Shown here one piece after another: positions 18,988-29,203 of a stretch of 64,000 bases of DNA. This stretch comes from Candidatus Latescibacterota bacterium (lineage in GTDB: Bacteria > Latescibacterota > UBA2968 > UBA8231). The notes below the pieces were generated by a model. The model saw only the letters and a list, made by a program, of their open reading frames with translations, did no database searches and was not told where the DNA came from. The DNA lies in NCBI GenBank assembly GCA_965219385.1, contig CBDCNM010000002.1, forward strand, positions 3,482,305-3,546,304, in the 5' to 3' direction. The translations under genes and the position numbers were made by a program. Positions within the stretch are counted from its first letter, which is position 1. Each line of letters starts with the position of its first letter.

Positions 18988-21090
18988 ATGCTCAGGAAAA
19001 CAGCGCTCTACTCATTCGCCTTCCTGCTTTTCCAGGCGGTCTCTTTAGCCGCCATTTACCATATCTACAACGATAAACTGCCCGATCTTGACGAGCTGGA
19101 AAATTTTCAACCCAAGCGCATCACCAAGATTTTTTCCGCCGACGGCAAACACCTGCAGAATTTCCTTGAGGAAAACCGCGAAATCCTCACCTATGAAGAA
19201 ATCCCCCAGTCCATGAAAGACGCGCTCATTTCCATTGAGGACCGGCGTTTTTTCTCCCACTGGGGCATAGATATACGCCGCATCTTCGGAGCGATCCTCG
19301 GCAATGTGAAATCCCTCGACCCCACCGCTCAGGGAGCCAGCACCCTCACTCAACAATTGGCTCGCAATCTGTTCGACAAAGTAGGACGCCAGAGCGGCAG
19401 TGGTTCCCTGGAAGCCACCATGGCCAGTTACGATCGCAAGATCCGCGAGCAGATCACAGCAGTCAATATAGAGCGCCTCTACACCAAGCAAGAAATACTG
19501 ACCATGTACCTGAACACCGTGTTCTTCGGCTACGATCGCTATGGCCTCAAATCGGCGGCCCGCTATTACTTTGATCGAGATGTCAAAGATCTCAAGGTCG
19601 AGGAATCCGCCATGTTGGCGGGCCTGTTGAAGGCGCCCAATACCTACAACCCGCGGATAAATCCCCAGAAGGGCCTGAGACGACGCAACCAGGTCTTGCA
19701 GGCCATGGTCGAAGCGGGTAAACTCCGCAAAAGTAGCTATAGAGAGCTGCTAAAACAACCGATCCTCACCCGGCGTGGCCAGCGTGCTGCAACCTATGGC
19801 CTGGCGCCCTATTTTATCGAGCATGTACGCCAGCATCTCAAACGCCAGTATGGCTCGGGGCTCTACCGAGAAGGATTCACCGTCCATACCACCCTTGATT
19901 CACGCCTGCAGCAAATTGCCGAAAAGCACTTTGCCAGGGAAATCGGCAAGGTGCAAAAAACGGTTGACCGGTACCTGGCCCGGCAGGGTGCTTCAGCGGA
20001 CCTGCCCGACTCCGCCAAGGTACAGGCGGCATTTGTGGCCATGGACCCGCAGACCGGGCATATCCTGTCCATGATCGGAGGCCGGGACTTCGACGAGAGC
20101 CAGTTCAACCGCGCAACACAGGCTCTGCGCCTGCCCGGATCCGCCTTCAAGCCCTTTGTCTACACGGCGGCCATCGACAACAATCGCTTTACCACGGATA
20201 TCCTGCACGACAATGCCATCACCATCAAGGAATTCAACGGCGAAATCTGGGACCCGGAAAACTACGACAAATCCTTCCAGGGCCCCATGACCTTGCGCGA
20301 AGCCTTCAAGAAGTCGCGCAACTTGGTCGCCATCAAACTCGCCCAGGAGATAGGCCCCAACCGCATTAAAAGCTACGCCCAGAACATGGGCATAAAGACC
20401 CGTATACAACCTGTTATTTCGATCGCCATAGGCACCAGTGCCGTACACCTTCTGGATCTGGTAGCGGCTTATGCCATCTTCCCCAGCAAAGGCATATACG
20501 TCGAACCAGTGGCGGTCGAACGCATCGTTGATAAAAATGGCAATACCGCCTTTGCCCAGAAGACCGTTCAGCGTGAGGTTTTGCGACCGGCGGTCGCCGT
20601 CATCATGACCGATTTGATGCGCTCGGTGATCGACGAACCGGGTGGAACAGGCCACAAAATCAAGTACGGTTATGGCTTCAAACCCGCCGCGGCTGGCAAA
20701 ACCGGCACCACCAACGACTACGCCGATGCCTGGTTCATTGGTTTTACCCCGCACCTGGTAGCGGGGGTGTGGGTTGGAATGGACGATCCCAGTCTCAGTC
20801 TTTGGAAGAAGCAATCCGGTGCGGTGGCAGCCCTGCCTCTTTGGGTGTGCTTCATGCAGGAAGTGTATCGCAAGGTCGAACCTTATCGGAGCAAGGCCGG
20901 CGAAACCTTTGAATATCCGGAAGACCTGGTGGACAAACGTGCGGTCTGCGAGGATTCCCACAAACTGGCCACCAAGTACTGCCCCCGGCGCAGTGAGGAC
21001 TTCTTTATCAACGAAGGAGCCCAACCCGGGTTCTGTCCTTTGCACGGAGGCAAAGGAGGGACGACACCGGCAAGGATACAGAGATTTTGA
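18988..21090 (+). CDS. mrcA: Class A penicillin-binding protein (PBP1A family)
   Basis: EDRRF.H.G, GASTLTQQLARN and RKIRE transglycosylase motifs; SAFK, SRN and KTGT transpeptidase motifs. Confidence 0.9.
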   Translation: MLRKTALYSFAFLLFQAVSLAAIYHIYNDKLPDLDELENFQPKRITKIFSADGKHLQNFLEENREILTYEEIPQSMKDALISIEDRRFFSHWGIDIRRIFGAILGNVKSLDPTAQGASTLTQQLARNLFDKVGRQSGSGSLEATMASYDRKIREQITAVNIERLYTKQEILTMYLNTVFFGYDRYGLKSAARYYFDRDVKDLKVEESAMLAGLLKAPNTYNPRINPQKGLRRRNQVLQAMVEAGKLRKSSYRELLKQPILTRRGQRAATYGLAPYFIEHVRQHLKRQYGSGLYREGFTVHTTLDSRLQQIAEKHFAREIGKVQKTVDRYLARQGASADLPDSAKVQAAFVAMDPQTGHILSMIGGRDFDESQFNRATQALRLPGSAFKPFVYTAAIDNNRFTTDILHDNAITIKEFNGEIWDPENYDKSFQGPMTLREAFKKSRNLVAIKLAQEIGPNRIKSYAQNMGIKTRIQPVISIAIGTSAVHLLDLVAAYAIFPSKGIYVEPVAVERIVDKNGNTAFAQKTVQREVLRPAVAVIMTDLMRSVIDEPGGTGHKIKYGYGFKPAAAGKTGTTNDYADAWFIGFTPHLVAGVWVGMDDPSLSLWKKQSGAVAALPLWVCFMQEVYRKVEPYRSKAGETFEYPEDLVDKRAVCEDSHKLATKYCPRRSEDFFINEGAQPGFCPLHGGKGGTTPARIQRF

Positions 21091-21120
21091 CAGCGCAGCG
21101 CATAGACTTTGGCCACCCGG

Positions 21121-22845
21121 TCATGGCACGAAGAAAATGTACAACAGCCCGCCAATAATACTGGCGGAAAGGCCGCGTTCGATCAGTTTAAAATCCGGTT
21201 CGACAATGGTGCGCTCGACCATGTCGGATCCACCCAGCAATTCCATTTTGTCCGCCGGCACCTCATCGGTTATATAGGCCGGCACCCGATTCGCCCACGC
21301 CACTTTTCCGACTCTTTCCAGGCGCAAAAACAAGTCTCCGTAGGCCTGGCGCAGACGCCGAGAACCAAACAAATTCAACCTTTTTTTCCGCGGGGTGTAC
21401 ACTATCCTTGAATCAGTCATCCTGTAATACATCACCCCTTCATCCATTTCTCCGACCTCCGCGGCCTTGAGCGAAATCTGGTATCCCCGGTGCATCAAAG
21501 CCCGGGTCAACACGTCCTCTACGAGCCAGTTTGCCTTTTCCTCGCCGTCGGGCTGCAGATATATCTGAGTCCCCCGCGGCAGCGAGAGTCCTTCAAGCAC
21601 TCTTTCCAGTTCTTTGTCGAAGGCGCTTCCCAACAACTGTAGATCGGTCGGATAGTCCAATTCGCCATCGCCCTGTCGCTGGCCCTCCCGAGCCATCATC
21701 ACCGAAACCATGGTCTTCCCAGCCAGGGGAATATGCCAGAAATACTCGACTGGTTTAAACGAGCTTTTCCAGGGAAACGGCCCAGGATGTAAAGGGGTTG
21801 CCTGGATCTCCAGTTCCAGGCTCTGACCGGGCGCCAGGCGGCCTGGATCTTTGACCAGGATATATTCCTTCCGCCCGTTCTGTGCACCTGTTATAGAAGC
21901 TCCTTCCACTCCATGTACCAGCCCCACTTCGACAAAAGCCTCGGGGATTTCCAGGCGAAATTCAGCCACTTCAATGTCTTCTGCGCCCCTATTGGACCAG
22001 GTATAGACAAAGCGCCCCTGCTGACCTACCTCGAGAAAAGCGGCGTCCATGTGCAACCCCGGGCGCGGCACCGTTGCAATTTGCAGTCGAACCCCGGACA
22101 CGGGAGATCCAGCAATTTGCGCCGAACCCGCCCTGCCCCCGATGACCAGGAAGCCAGGCTCTTCTCTTTCGATGTTGCACTGCCACAGTATGGTATCTCG
22201 TTGTCCCGATGCCAGGGGCTCGGCCCACCGCACCTCGGATTCCCCCTGGACCACGGTCAGACCCTCGGGCCATTCCCACGCCAACTCCTCAAGCACCCGT
22301 CTATGCGGATCCACATTGTGGACGACCAATTCCAGATCCACCTGTTGGCCCGGATACACCCGCTGCGGTCTGACCTTGATCTGAAACTGGATGGGCTCTT
22401 CGATCTCAAGTCCGAATTCAGTTGTATGAGCAACTTCTCCGACTGAGTCCAGAGAGGAAAAGATTTTTCCCCACCAGCGGGTCTCCAGACTCACCCTGCT
22501 GGCGGTTAGATCGATATAAAGGGTATCAATACTCTCCCGACCCAGAGGTCCTTCGCGATAATCCACCTCCAGCAATGGCTCAACCGACCGCACCTTTCCT
22601 AGAGAGGAGCGCACCGACTTCAGGTTCAAAGCAGCAAGGTCATAACCAAGCTCGGCACCTACCAGGGCTTCCCCATCTCCGGGGAAATAATGCAGGTAGA
22701 GCACTGCGGTCTGTTCCAGATCGGGCCCGGCAATGCCACCGCTGGCAAAGCGGGCAGTAAAAGTCGAGCGGGCTTCTACGACCTCTCTCCCACCCATCAA
22801 CAGCAGAGCCAGAGAGCAAACGATAAGCTGAGTTTTTATGGACAT
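21121..22845 (-). CDS. Secreted hypothetical protein with Ig-like (DUF11/NEW3-like) modules and a C-terminal membrane anchor
   Basis: Signal peptide from MSIKTQ (22845); two beta-rich modules ending LASGQRDT and LAPGQSLE; C-terminal GLSASIIGGLLYIFFVP. Confidence 0.65.
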   Translation of the reverse strand: MSIKTQLIVCSLALLLMGGREVVEARSTFTARFASGGIAGPDLEQTAVLYLHYFPGDGEALVGAELGYDLAALNLKSVRSSLGKVRSVEPLLEVDYREGPLGRESIDTLYIDLTASRVSLETRWWGKIFSSLDSVGEVAHTTEFGLEIEEPIQFQIKVRPQRVYPGQQVDLELVVHNVDPHRRVLEELAWEWPEGLTVVQGESEVRWAEPLASGQRDTILWQCNIEREEPGFLVIGGRAGSAQIAGSPVSGVRLQIATVPRPGLHMDAAFLEVGQQGRFVYTWSNRGAEDIEVAEFRLEIPEAFVEVGLVHGVEGASITGAQNGRKEYILVKDPGRLAPGQSLELEIQATPLHPGPFPWKSSFKPVEYFWHIPLAGKTMVSVMMAREGQRQGDGELDYPTDLQLLGSAFDKELERVLEGLSLPRGTQIYLQPDGEEKANWLVEDVLTRALMHRGYQISLKAAEVGEMDEGVMYYRMTDSRIVYTPRKKRLNLFGSRRLRQAYGDLFLRLERVGKVAWANRVPAYITDEVPADKMELLGGSDMVERTIVEPDFKLIERGLSASIIGGLLYIFFVP

Positions 22846-22947
22846 ATGAAGCCCGTACAATACCTCCACGCCAGCTGTTCAGCAGCGTATTAAACACCTG
22901 TTTAAAACCCCTGAACTGCTTTTGTCACTTGTACTTGCGTGTGATTT

Positions 22948-22976
22948 ACCTTAACACAAAAGCCCGGGGCTGTCAA
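22948..22976 (-). promoter_or_regulatory. Putative sigma70 promoter
   Basis: Minus strand TTGACA-17 nt-TAAGGT upstream of 22845. Confidence 0.5.
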
Positions 22977-23088
22977 GCCATTTCTGCCAACTTCAGTAGG
23001 TCCTGATATGGGCAGAGGTCAGAAAAGCCTTGACTTTATCGCGTTTCCCTGAATACGTTAATGAGCCCAGTGTCTCCAAACAGGTGCT

Positions 23089-23787
23089 TTGACCGTGCTG
23101 CAGATATTCATGTACCCTATTTTAGGCTTTGTTCTTATTGTTTTTTTGTTGCCTACCACAATCAGCTTGCGGCTGGACCGTCCCCTCCACCAGGGCCCTC
23201 TACATTTGCGGTTGGACTGGCGTTTTTTTACTGGATTGGCCGGCGCTCGTCTTCACCTCCAGTCCGCTGAACTGCATCTTTACCCCCTTTTTTTAGGGTG
23301 GCGTCTCAAGCTTCTCCACCTGCGGCTGCGCCGCGGCAAGACCGCCAAACCGGCCGTTTCCAAAGCACCGGACAGCCCCCCTGCAGAAGAACCCGAGCGC
23401 AAAGAAACGCCTCCAGACAGCCCGCTTTTTGAGCGTCTGACCTATATGGCCCAGCTATTTCTTCAGCCGGGACTGAGTTTTCTCAAAAACGTGCGCCGGC
23501 CCATCAAGTCCTACAAGCTGCGGGTGAATGGCTGTTTCGGCTTTGAAAACCCGGCCACAACCGGTAGCATCTACGGTTATTTAAATGGCCTCAAGGTTTT
23601 AAATAACAAAAAGTTGCAATTAGATCTGAAGCCTGATTTCCAAGCCCCTGGTCTGAATGGTCACCTGGCCCTGTACCTCCGTTTTCACCTCGGTTATCTG
23701 ACCTTTCTGGCCCTGGCCTTCGCCGTCCGAGTAGGCTTTCGGTGGCTGTCCATACGCCTTTCTACCTGGAAATTCAGACCGGCTTAG
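23089..23787 (+). CDS. DUF2953-domain membrane protein (YtfI-like)
   Basis: N-terminal TM helix; FGFENPATTGSIYG...PDF motif; adjacent to a YtfJ homolog. Confidence 0.75.
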   Translation: MTVLQIFMYPILGFVLIVFLLPTTISLRLDRPLHQGPLHLRLDWRFFTGLAGARLHLQSAELHLYPLFLGWRLKLLHLRLRRGKTAKPAVSKAPDSPPAEEPERKETPPDSPLFERLTYMAQLFLQPGLSFLKNVRRPIKSYKLRVNGCFGFENPATTGSIYGYLNGLKVLNNKKLQLDLKPDFQAPGLNGHLALYLRFHLGYLTFLALAFAVRVGFRWLSIRLSTWKFRPA

Positions 23788-23811
23788 ATACCTATCCAAG
23801 GAGATCCTTCA

Positions 23812-24192
23812 ATGGCATCGTATGTAGAAGGGCTGATTGAACGCGTCCTGGGTGAACTGCACCAGATCGTAAAAACCGAAACCGTAGTGGGCGAACCGGT
23901 GGCGGTTGGGGATATAACCCTCATCCCCGTCTCCAAGATTTCCTTTGGCTTTGGTGCGGGCGGCGGCCGGGAAGGCAAAGGCCAAAGTGGCACGGGAGGC
24001 GGAGCCATGGTGGAACCTATCGCCTTTGTGGTCGTGGATGCCGCCGGCAAAGCCCAGATACTGTCCCTGCACGAAAAAGACGCTGGTCTGGGCCAGCTGG
24101 TCGGACTCATGCCCGAGGCCCTGGCAAAACTCAAAAACTTTGTCGGCAAAAAGAAAGAAGAGGAACCACCTCAGGACGATTCGTCTCAGTGA
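23812..24192 (+). CDS. ytfJ: YtfJ/GerW-family protein
   Basis: TVVGEP...TLIPVSKISFGFGAGGG...GGGAMVEPIAFVVV signature. Confidence 0.9.
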   Translation: MASYVEGLIERVLGELHQIVKTETVVGEPVAVGDITLIPVSKISFGFGAGGGREGKGQSGTGGGAMVEPIAFVVVDAAGKAQILSLHEKDAGLGQLVGLMPEALAKLKNFVGKKKEEEPPQDDSSQ

Positions 24193-24707
24193 TGATCGCT
24201 ACTGGTGGGAAACAGCTTGAAGCAGCCGTCCAGGAGAAGGTGGGTGTACCAGCCCACCACGCCGGCCACCAGGAACACCAGGTGGCCGGCGAGCAGGCTC
24301 TGGACATTGACCCAGGAAAACTCGTCGAAAAAGGCCTGTCTTGCCCGCCAGTACTCGTACGTGGCCCCCAGCAGTACCGGGACCAGCAAGGGGCTGATCT
24401 TCCAGTGGGTCCACCCGCGGTGATGATCCAGTAGCGGTAGAACAGAAAGAATACCCACCAGGGTGGCCAGCTCGTAGTGCTGGTTCCAACCCAGATAGAA
24501 CAACGCGGCGAGGACGGCCCTGAAAAACCAGCGTTGCGGAACCGAAGAGGTATCCAGATCGGGAAAGAGAGAAAAAAAGAGGGTCGTGCCACAAACCGCT
24601 ACCCAGGTGGGGTAATCTCCGGGTGGGATGTACCCCCAGCGGGCGGCTAGACCGGTCACGCCTATACCCGCCACGATGCCGCCGGTTAAATGGCCTTTGA
24701 AGTTCAT
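24186..24707 (-). CDS. Membrane-bound metal-dependent hydrolase (YdjM/DUF2227-like)
   Basis: Start at MNFKGH (24707); FPDLD, HRGWTH and HLLLD motifs. Confidence 0.85.
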   Translation of the reverse strand: MNFKGHLTGGIVAGIGVTGLAARWGYIPPGDYPTWVAVCGTTLFFSLFPDLDTSSVPQRWFFRAVLAALFYLGWNQHYELATLVGILSVLPLLDHHRGWTHWKISPLLVPVLLGATYEYWRARQAFFDEFSWVNVQSLLAGHLVFLVAGVVGWYTHLLLDGCFKLFPTSSDHH

Positions 24708-24732
24708 GGAGTTTGAATCATTCCTCCCCTGT

Positions 24733-25851
24733 TCACCGCTCCGATACTTGCCCGCCGCCGTGTCGTTGATCTTTTTTTTTATGCGCCTGATACAACTGTC
24801 CGCAGGCCGCATCAATGTCTCTCCCCCTGCTCTCCCTCACGGTCACCGCTACGGCAGTGCGACTCTCCAGTAGATCTATAAAACGGGTGAGCCGGGCCCG
24901 GGAAGGCCGGTGGTAGGGCGTATCGGGGCCGAGTTCGTTGTAGGGGATCAGATTGATCTTGCAGGGAAGGCCCCTGGTCAGGTCGGCGAGACGTAGGGCA
25001 TCTTCGTCCGCGTCCGTCACGCCGGCCATCAGGACATATTCAAAGGTGGCGCGCCGACCGCGCAACTCGTAGAATTCCCCGGCCGCCGCGAGCAGGTCTG
25101 CGATCTTGTACTTGCGGTTGATCGGCATGAGTTGCTCGCGCTGTTCGTCGGTCGTGGCATTGAGGGAAATCGCCAGGCCCACGTTCACCTCCTCGCGCGC
25201 CAGCTTGCGGATGCCCGGAAGATAGCCGGCGGTAGATACCGTGATCCTGCGTCCCCCAATACCCGGCCCCAGCTCCAGACCCATGAGCCGAATGGCCCGC
25301 ACCACGTTGTCGTAATTCAACAGCGGCTCTCCCATCCCCATCATCACCACATTGGTCACCCGTTCTCCGCGCTGATGCACGACCTGCCCTATCTGCAGCA
25401 GCTGATCAATGATCTGAGCCGCACTCAGGTTGCGCACCAGTCCCATCCGGCCTGTGGCGCAAAACTTGCAGTCGAGCGCACACCCCACCTGGGAAGACAG
25501 ACACGCTGTGCGGCGCTTGCCTTCCACAATCAATACGGATTCGATCTTTTCCCCCCCAGGCAACTCAAAGAGAAACTTGATGGCCTGGCCGCTCCCCGAT
25601 TCGCGGCACACCAACTCCCGGAGCCGACTGATCCAGGCCACCTGCTTGAGTGCATCCCTGAACGTCCTGGACAGATCCGTCATCTCGTCCAGATCGGTTA
25701 CTCCCTTGCCGTAGATCCAGCTGAGCAACTGGTTGGCCCGATAGTTTTCCTGGCCCATCCGGCCGACCAATTCGCGCAGTTCACCCGGCAACAGCCCTTT
25801 CAGGTCCAGCCGCTCTGATGCGTCGACCGCACTCCTGGATATTTGCCCCAT
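24733..25851 (-). CDS. rlmN: 23S rRNA/tRNA m2A methyltransferase (radical SAM)
   Basis: CLSSQVGCALDCKFCATG, MGMGEPLLN, NLIPYN and DIDAACGQL motifs. Confidence 0.96.
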   Translation of the reverse strand: MGQISRSAVDASERLDLKGLLPGELRELVGRMGQENYRANQLLSWIYGKGVTDLDEMTDLSRTFRDALKQVAWISRLRELVCRESGSGQAIKFLFELPGGEKIESVLIVEGKRRTACLSSQVGCALDCKFCATGRMGLVRNLSAAQIIDQLLQIGQVVHQRGERVTNVVMMGMGEPLLNYDNVVRAIRLMGLELGPGIGGRRITVSTAGYLPGIRKLAREEVNVGLAISLNATTDEQREQLMPINRKYKIADLLAAAGEFYELRGRRATFEYVLMAGVTDADEDALRLADLTRGLPCKINLIPYNELGPDTPYHRPSRARLTRFIDLLESRTAVAVTVRESRGRDIDAACGQLYQAHKKKDQRHGGGQVSER

Positions 25852-25909
25852 CTGCTACCTCGAGGAGGTCCGAAATGTGTGAAGAAAGCTGCCCAACCAC
25901 CAAAAGTCC

Positions 25910-25938
25910 TTGACGCTTCTTCGACATAGGTTTATTAT
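25910..25938 (+). promoter_or_regulatory. Putative sigma70 promoter
   Basis: TTGACG-17 nt-TATTAT upstream of the M23 gene. Confidence 0.55.
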
Positions 25939-25996
25939 AATAAATATCTTGTGCTAAAAAAGGGCAACGCTCTCCACCCTTGAGCGTCGCGCTTGT

Positions 25997-27451
25997 TTGC
26001 CCCTTCAATCCCCATGCCTTGATCCACGTTTCCCCCCTTTCCTCACCCCCATCCGCATTCCTTTGAAAAACCATTTAAATTCCGCCGCCTGGTTCTGGGC
26101 CAGTCTCGTCTGTCTGCTGGTAGTGATGGGAATCTGCTTTGAAATCCTGCAACGCCGGACCCTGGCCGATCAGGCCCCCCCCCATACCGTGGTCGCCCTG
26201 GCATCTGTCGTGCCGGAAGCGACCCCAAAGGTGGATCCAGAGTCGGGACCACAGCCGCCCCCGTTTCCATTTGTCGGCCCCTACCTGCCCACCCAATTAC
26301 CTCCGGGAAGCGCTCTCGCCCGGCAGGCTATTACCGATACCCTGCGTCGCGATGACTCGATTTATCTTTCGCTCAAAAAGCACCGTGTTTCCGAAGGCCA
26401 GATCATCCAGCTGATCAAGGCCCTCAAAACCGTCTTCAAATCCAAAAAAGAGTCAAAACCTGGAGATTTTTACACCCTCGCCACCGATACCAGCGGCGTC
26501 ATCCAGTATTTCACCTATACCCCCCATCTCGTCCCGCACCGGCCCGTCGTCATCGAGCTCCAGGATGGCGCTCTGGCGGCCAAGCGACTCGATTTGCCTC
26601 TGAAGAAGGAGATCGTGGTCATCCAGGCTAGGATCGAGGACAATTTGTCCAATGCCATACAGGCGATCGGCGAAAGCCATAAACTGATTGACCTGGTCGC
26701 AGACGAGATCTTTGGCGCAGTGATCGAATTGACCAAGGATACGCGTCAGGGGGACCGCATCGGCCTGGTCTTTGAAAAGACCTACCTCCATGGCCGCTTC
26801 ATCGACTACGGCCGCATCCTCCTGGCCAACTACCAGGGCCACCGGGTATCCCAGCTGGCGGTCCTCTACGAAGACCCGGAAGGCCACAGTGCCTACTATG
26901 ATAGCAAAGGCAAGTCGCTAGCGCGTTTGTTTCTGCTCAAACCCCTGCCTTACCGGAGAATAAGCTCGGGCTTCAACCGCAGACGCTTCCATCCCATTCT
27001 GAAAAAACCCGTGCCCCATCTGGGTACGGATTACGCTGCTCCCAGTGGTACCAGAGTTTGGGCGACAGCCCGGGGACGGGTCGTGCACGCGGGCTGGAAG
27101 GGCGGGTACGGCAAACTGGTGGAAATCGAACACCCCAACGGCTACCGCACCCGCTATGCCCACCTGAGCCGCATCTCGGTAAGAAAAAGGCAATACGTCC
27201 AGCAATCCGACATCATAGGCCGGGTCGGCGCCACCGGTCGCGCCACCGGTCCGCATTTGCACTATGAACTCATCAAGAACGGCCAGCACAGAAATCCGGA
27301 AAGGGTCAATAAAAACACCAAGGGCAACACCTTGCAAAAGGGCTACCGCCAGGCCTTTGCCGCCCGCCGCGACCATCTCCTGGACCTGCTTGAAGCGGGT
27401 CTGAACCCCGAGTCAGAGTGGCCGCCTCTAGCGGCCAGAGGGACCGAATAG
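25997..27451 (+). CDS. M23 peptidoglycan DD-endopeptidase (MepM-like)
   Basis: N-terminal TM helix; RFHPI..HLGTDYAA, YAHL and TGPHLHYE zinc motifs. Start uncertain. Confidence 0.9.
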   Translation: MPLQSPCLDPRFPPFLTPIRIPLKNHLNSAAWFWASLVCLLVVMGICFEILQRRTLADQAPPHTVVALASVVPEATPKVDPESGPQPPPFPFVGPYLPTQLPPGSALARQAITDTLRRDDSIYLSLKKHRVSEGQIIQLIKALKTVFKSKKESKPGDFYTLATDTSGVIQYFTYTPHLVPHRPVVIELQDGALAAKRLDLPLKKEIVVIQARIEDNLSNAIQAIGESHKLIDLVADEIFGAVIELTKDTRQGDRIGLVFEKTYLHGRFIDYGRILLANYQGHRVSQLAVLYEDPEGHSAYYDSKGKSLARLFLLKPLPYRRISSGFNRRRFHPILKKPVPHLGTDYAAPSGTRVWATARGRVVHAGWKGGYGKLVEIEHPNGYRTRYAHLSRISVRKRQYVQQSDIIGRVGATGRATGPHLHYELIKNGQHRNPERVNKNTKGNTLQKGYRQAFAARRDHLLDLLEAGLNPESEWPPLAARGTE

Positions 27452-27552
27452 CCGGAGTTATCGATCCAGCACTTGACAGTGGCATCCGCTTGATGTGTAT
27501 TCACAAACAGGAAGTCGATTTAACTTCATTTTTGCAATACGGCTTGCCGGGC

Positions 27553-27966
27553 ATGAACGAAGAGTTCCTACAGGAGATAGAGGATTTGGCCGAGCGCGAT
27601 GGGCGTTTTAAAAAAGACGCCTATCTCTTCATCTACGACGCTCTCCAGTACACGGTCGATAAACTGGGGAAAACCGAGCTGCCTGACGAGGAGAGGCATA
27701 TTTCCGGACGGGACTTGCTGTACGGTATCAGCGAGTACGCCATGGATCAACTCGGCCCACTCACGCGCTCGGTCTTCGCCCACTGGGGCGTTCACCAGAC
27801 ACGCGATTTCGGCGCAATGGTCTTCAACCTGATCGACGCCAACATGATGGGCAGAACAGACGAGGACAGCATTGCGGATTTTACCGAGGTGTACGATTTT
27901 GCCGAGGAGTTCAACTGGAAAAAGCGCCGGGCCGACTTCAAACGGCTGCCGGCCAAGAAATCATGA
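27553..27966 (+). CDS. Minf_1886-family protein
   Basis: Start at MNEEF; DGRF...AY.F...AL, HISGRDL, WGV..T.DFG.MVFNL and D...DF..VYDF motifs. Confidence 0.8.
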   Translation: MNEEFLQEIEDLAERDGRFKKDAYLFIYDALQYTVDKLGKTELPDEERHISGRDLLYGISEYAMDQLGPLTRSVFAHWGVHQTRDFGAMVFNLIDANMMGRTDEDSIADFTEVYDFAEEFNWKKRRADFKRLPAKKS

Positions 27967-29198
27967 GAATCGCCTACTTTGACTGCTTTTCAGGTATCAG
28001 TGGAGACATGGTTCTGGGGGCCCTGGTAAACGCCGGCCTCGATCCGGCACTACTGCGGAACGAACTGGCCAAACTGGATCTTCCCGACATCAGCATCGAC
28101 TTCGAGCCCGCGGTAAAACACGCAATTTCCGCCACTCAGGCCGCGGTCCGCTGTGCCGCTGAACCCATCACAGCCTCAGAGGAACACCACCTCCACCTGG
28201 ATGGCCCGGACGTCCAACTTCCCCCGACACAAGGCCACGCCCACCACCACCTCGAAGACATCCTCTCAACCATCCGCCATAGCCGGCTCGACGAGCAGGT
28301 CAAAACCACCTCCATGCGGGTATTCCAGCGTCTGGCCGAAGCCGAAGCCCAGGTACATGGCCTGGCTCCTGAAAAGGTCCACCTGCACGAAGCGGGAGCA
28401 CTCGACGCCGTCGTTGATATCGTCGTCGCCGTTGCCGGACTGCAGCTGCTGAACGTTGACCAGGTCTATGCCTCGCCTCTGCGTTTTGGCACAGGTTTCG
28501 TGCAATGTGCCCACGGCCGTTATCCAGTTCCGGTTCCAGGGGTGCTGGCCCTGTGCAAAGACATCCCCTCCGAACAGACTGGGATTCGCGCCGAGCTGGT
28601 CACCCCGACCGGAGCCGCTCTCATAACTACTCTGGCCAGGTCTTTCGGTCCTGCGCCTGCTTTTCGCCAGGAGCGGGTCGGATACGGCGCGGGTCGGCGC
28701 GATCTGGAGGAACTGCCCAACCTGCTCCGGATCCGCATCGGCCAGACCCTCGAGGCCCTGTCCCAGGACCGGGCCGTACTGGTCGAAGCCAATATCGACG
28801 ATATGAATCCGGAGATCTACGGCTATCTGCTCAACCTGCTGCTGGAACAGGGAGCCAGAGATGTATATATTACACCCGTGTACATGAAGAAGGGCCGGCC
28901 AGGCAACCTGCTGAGCGTTCTGGCCGCCGAGGATCAACTCGACGAGGTAATTCACACCATCCTGGCGGAAACCACGACCCTCGGGGTGCGCTACCACCAG
29001 GTCAAGCGCCGCAAACTGGAGCGCAGCATCACCACGGTCACAACGCCGCACGGTCCGGTTCGCGTCAAGATCTGTTGTTTCGACGGCCGGCGCCGCCTGG
29101 CGCCCGAGTACGAAGATTGCGCCCAGCTGGCACGTCGGCAAAACGTGCCAATCCAGTCGGTCTATGCCGCCGTCCGCGCCGCGATCAGAGAGGAATAG
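27963..29198 (+). CDS. larC: Nickel-pincer cofactor Ni insertase
   Basis: YFDCFSGISGDM.LGAL, His-rich segment, VHLHEAGALD, ELVTPTGA, EANIDD, MKKGRPG and PEYEDC; fused LarC1/C2 without frameshift. Confidence 0.93.
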   Translation: MRIAYFDCFSGISGDMVLGALVNAGLDPALLRNELAKLDLPDISIDFEPAVKHAISATQAAVRCAAEPITASEEHHLHLDGPDVQLPPTQGHAHHHLEDILSTIRHSRLDEQVKTTSMRVFQRLAEAEAQVHGLAPEKVHLHEAGALDAVVDIVVAVAGLQLLNVDQVYASPLRFGTGFVQCAHGRYPVPVPGVLALCKDIPSEQTGIRAELVTPTGAALITTLARSFGPAPAFRQERVGYGAGRRDLEELPNLLRIRIGQTLEALSQDRAVLVEANIDDMNPEIYGYLLNLLLEQGARDVYITPVYMKKGRPGNLLSVLAAEDQLDEVIHTILAETTTLGVRYHQVKRRKLERSITTVTTPHGPVRVKICCFDGRRRLAPEYEDCAQLARRQNVPIQSVYAAVRAAIREE

Positions 29199-29203
29199 AG
29201 CAC

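Noticed and set aside
24733..25851. Radical SAM maturase partner for the PqqD protein
   Set aside because: Carries complete RlmN motifs, has no SPASM domain and lies 23 kb away.
28505..29203. 233-aa N-terminal extension of ORF 28505..29980
   Set aside because: Alternate-frame overlap with larC; a signal peptide starts at 29204.
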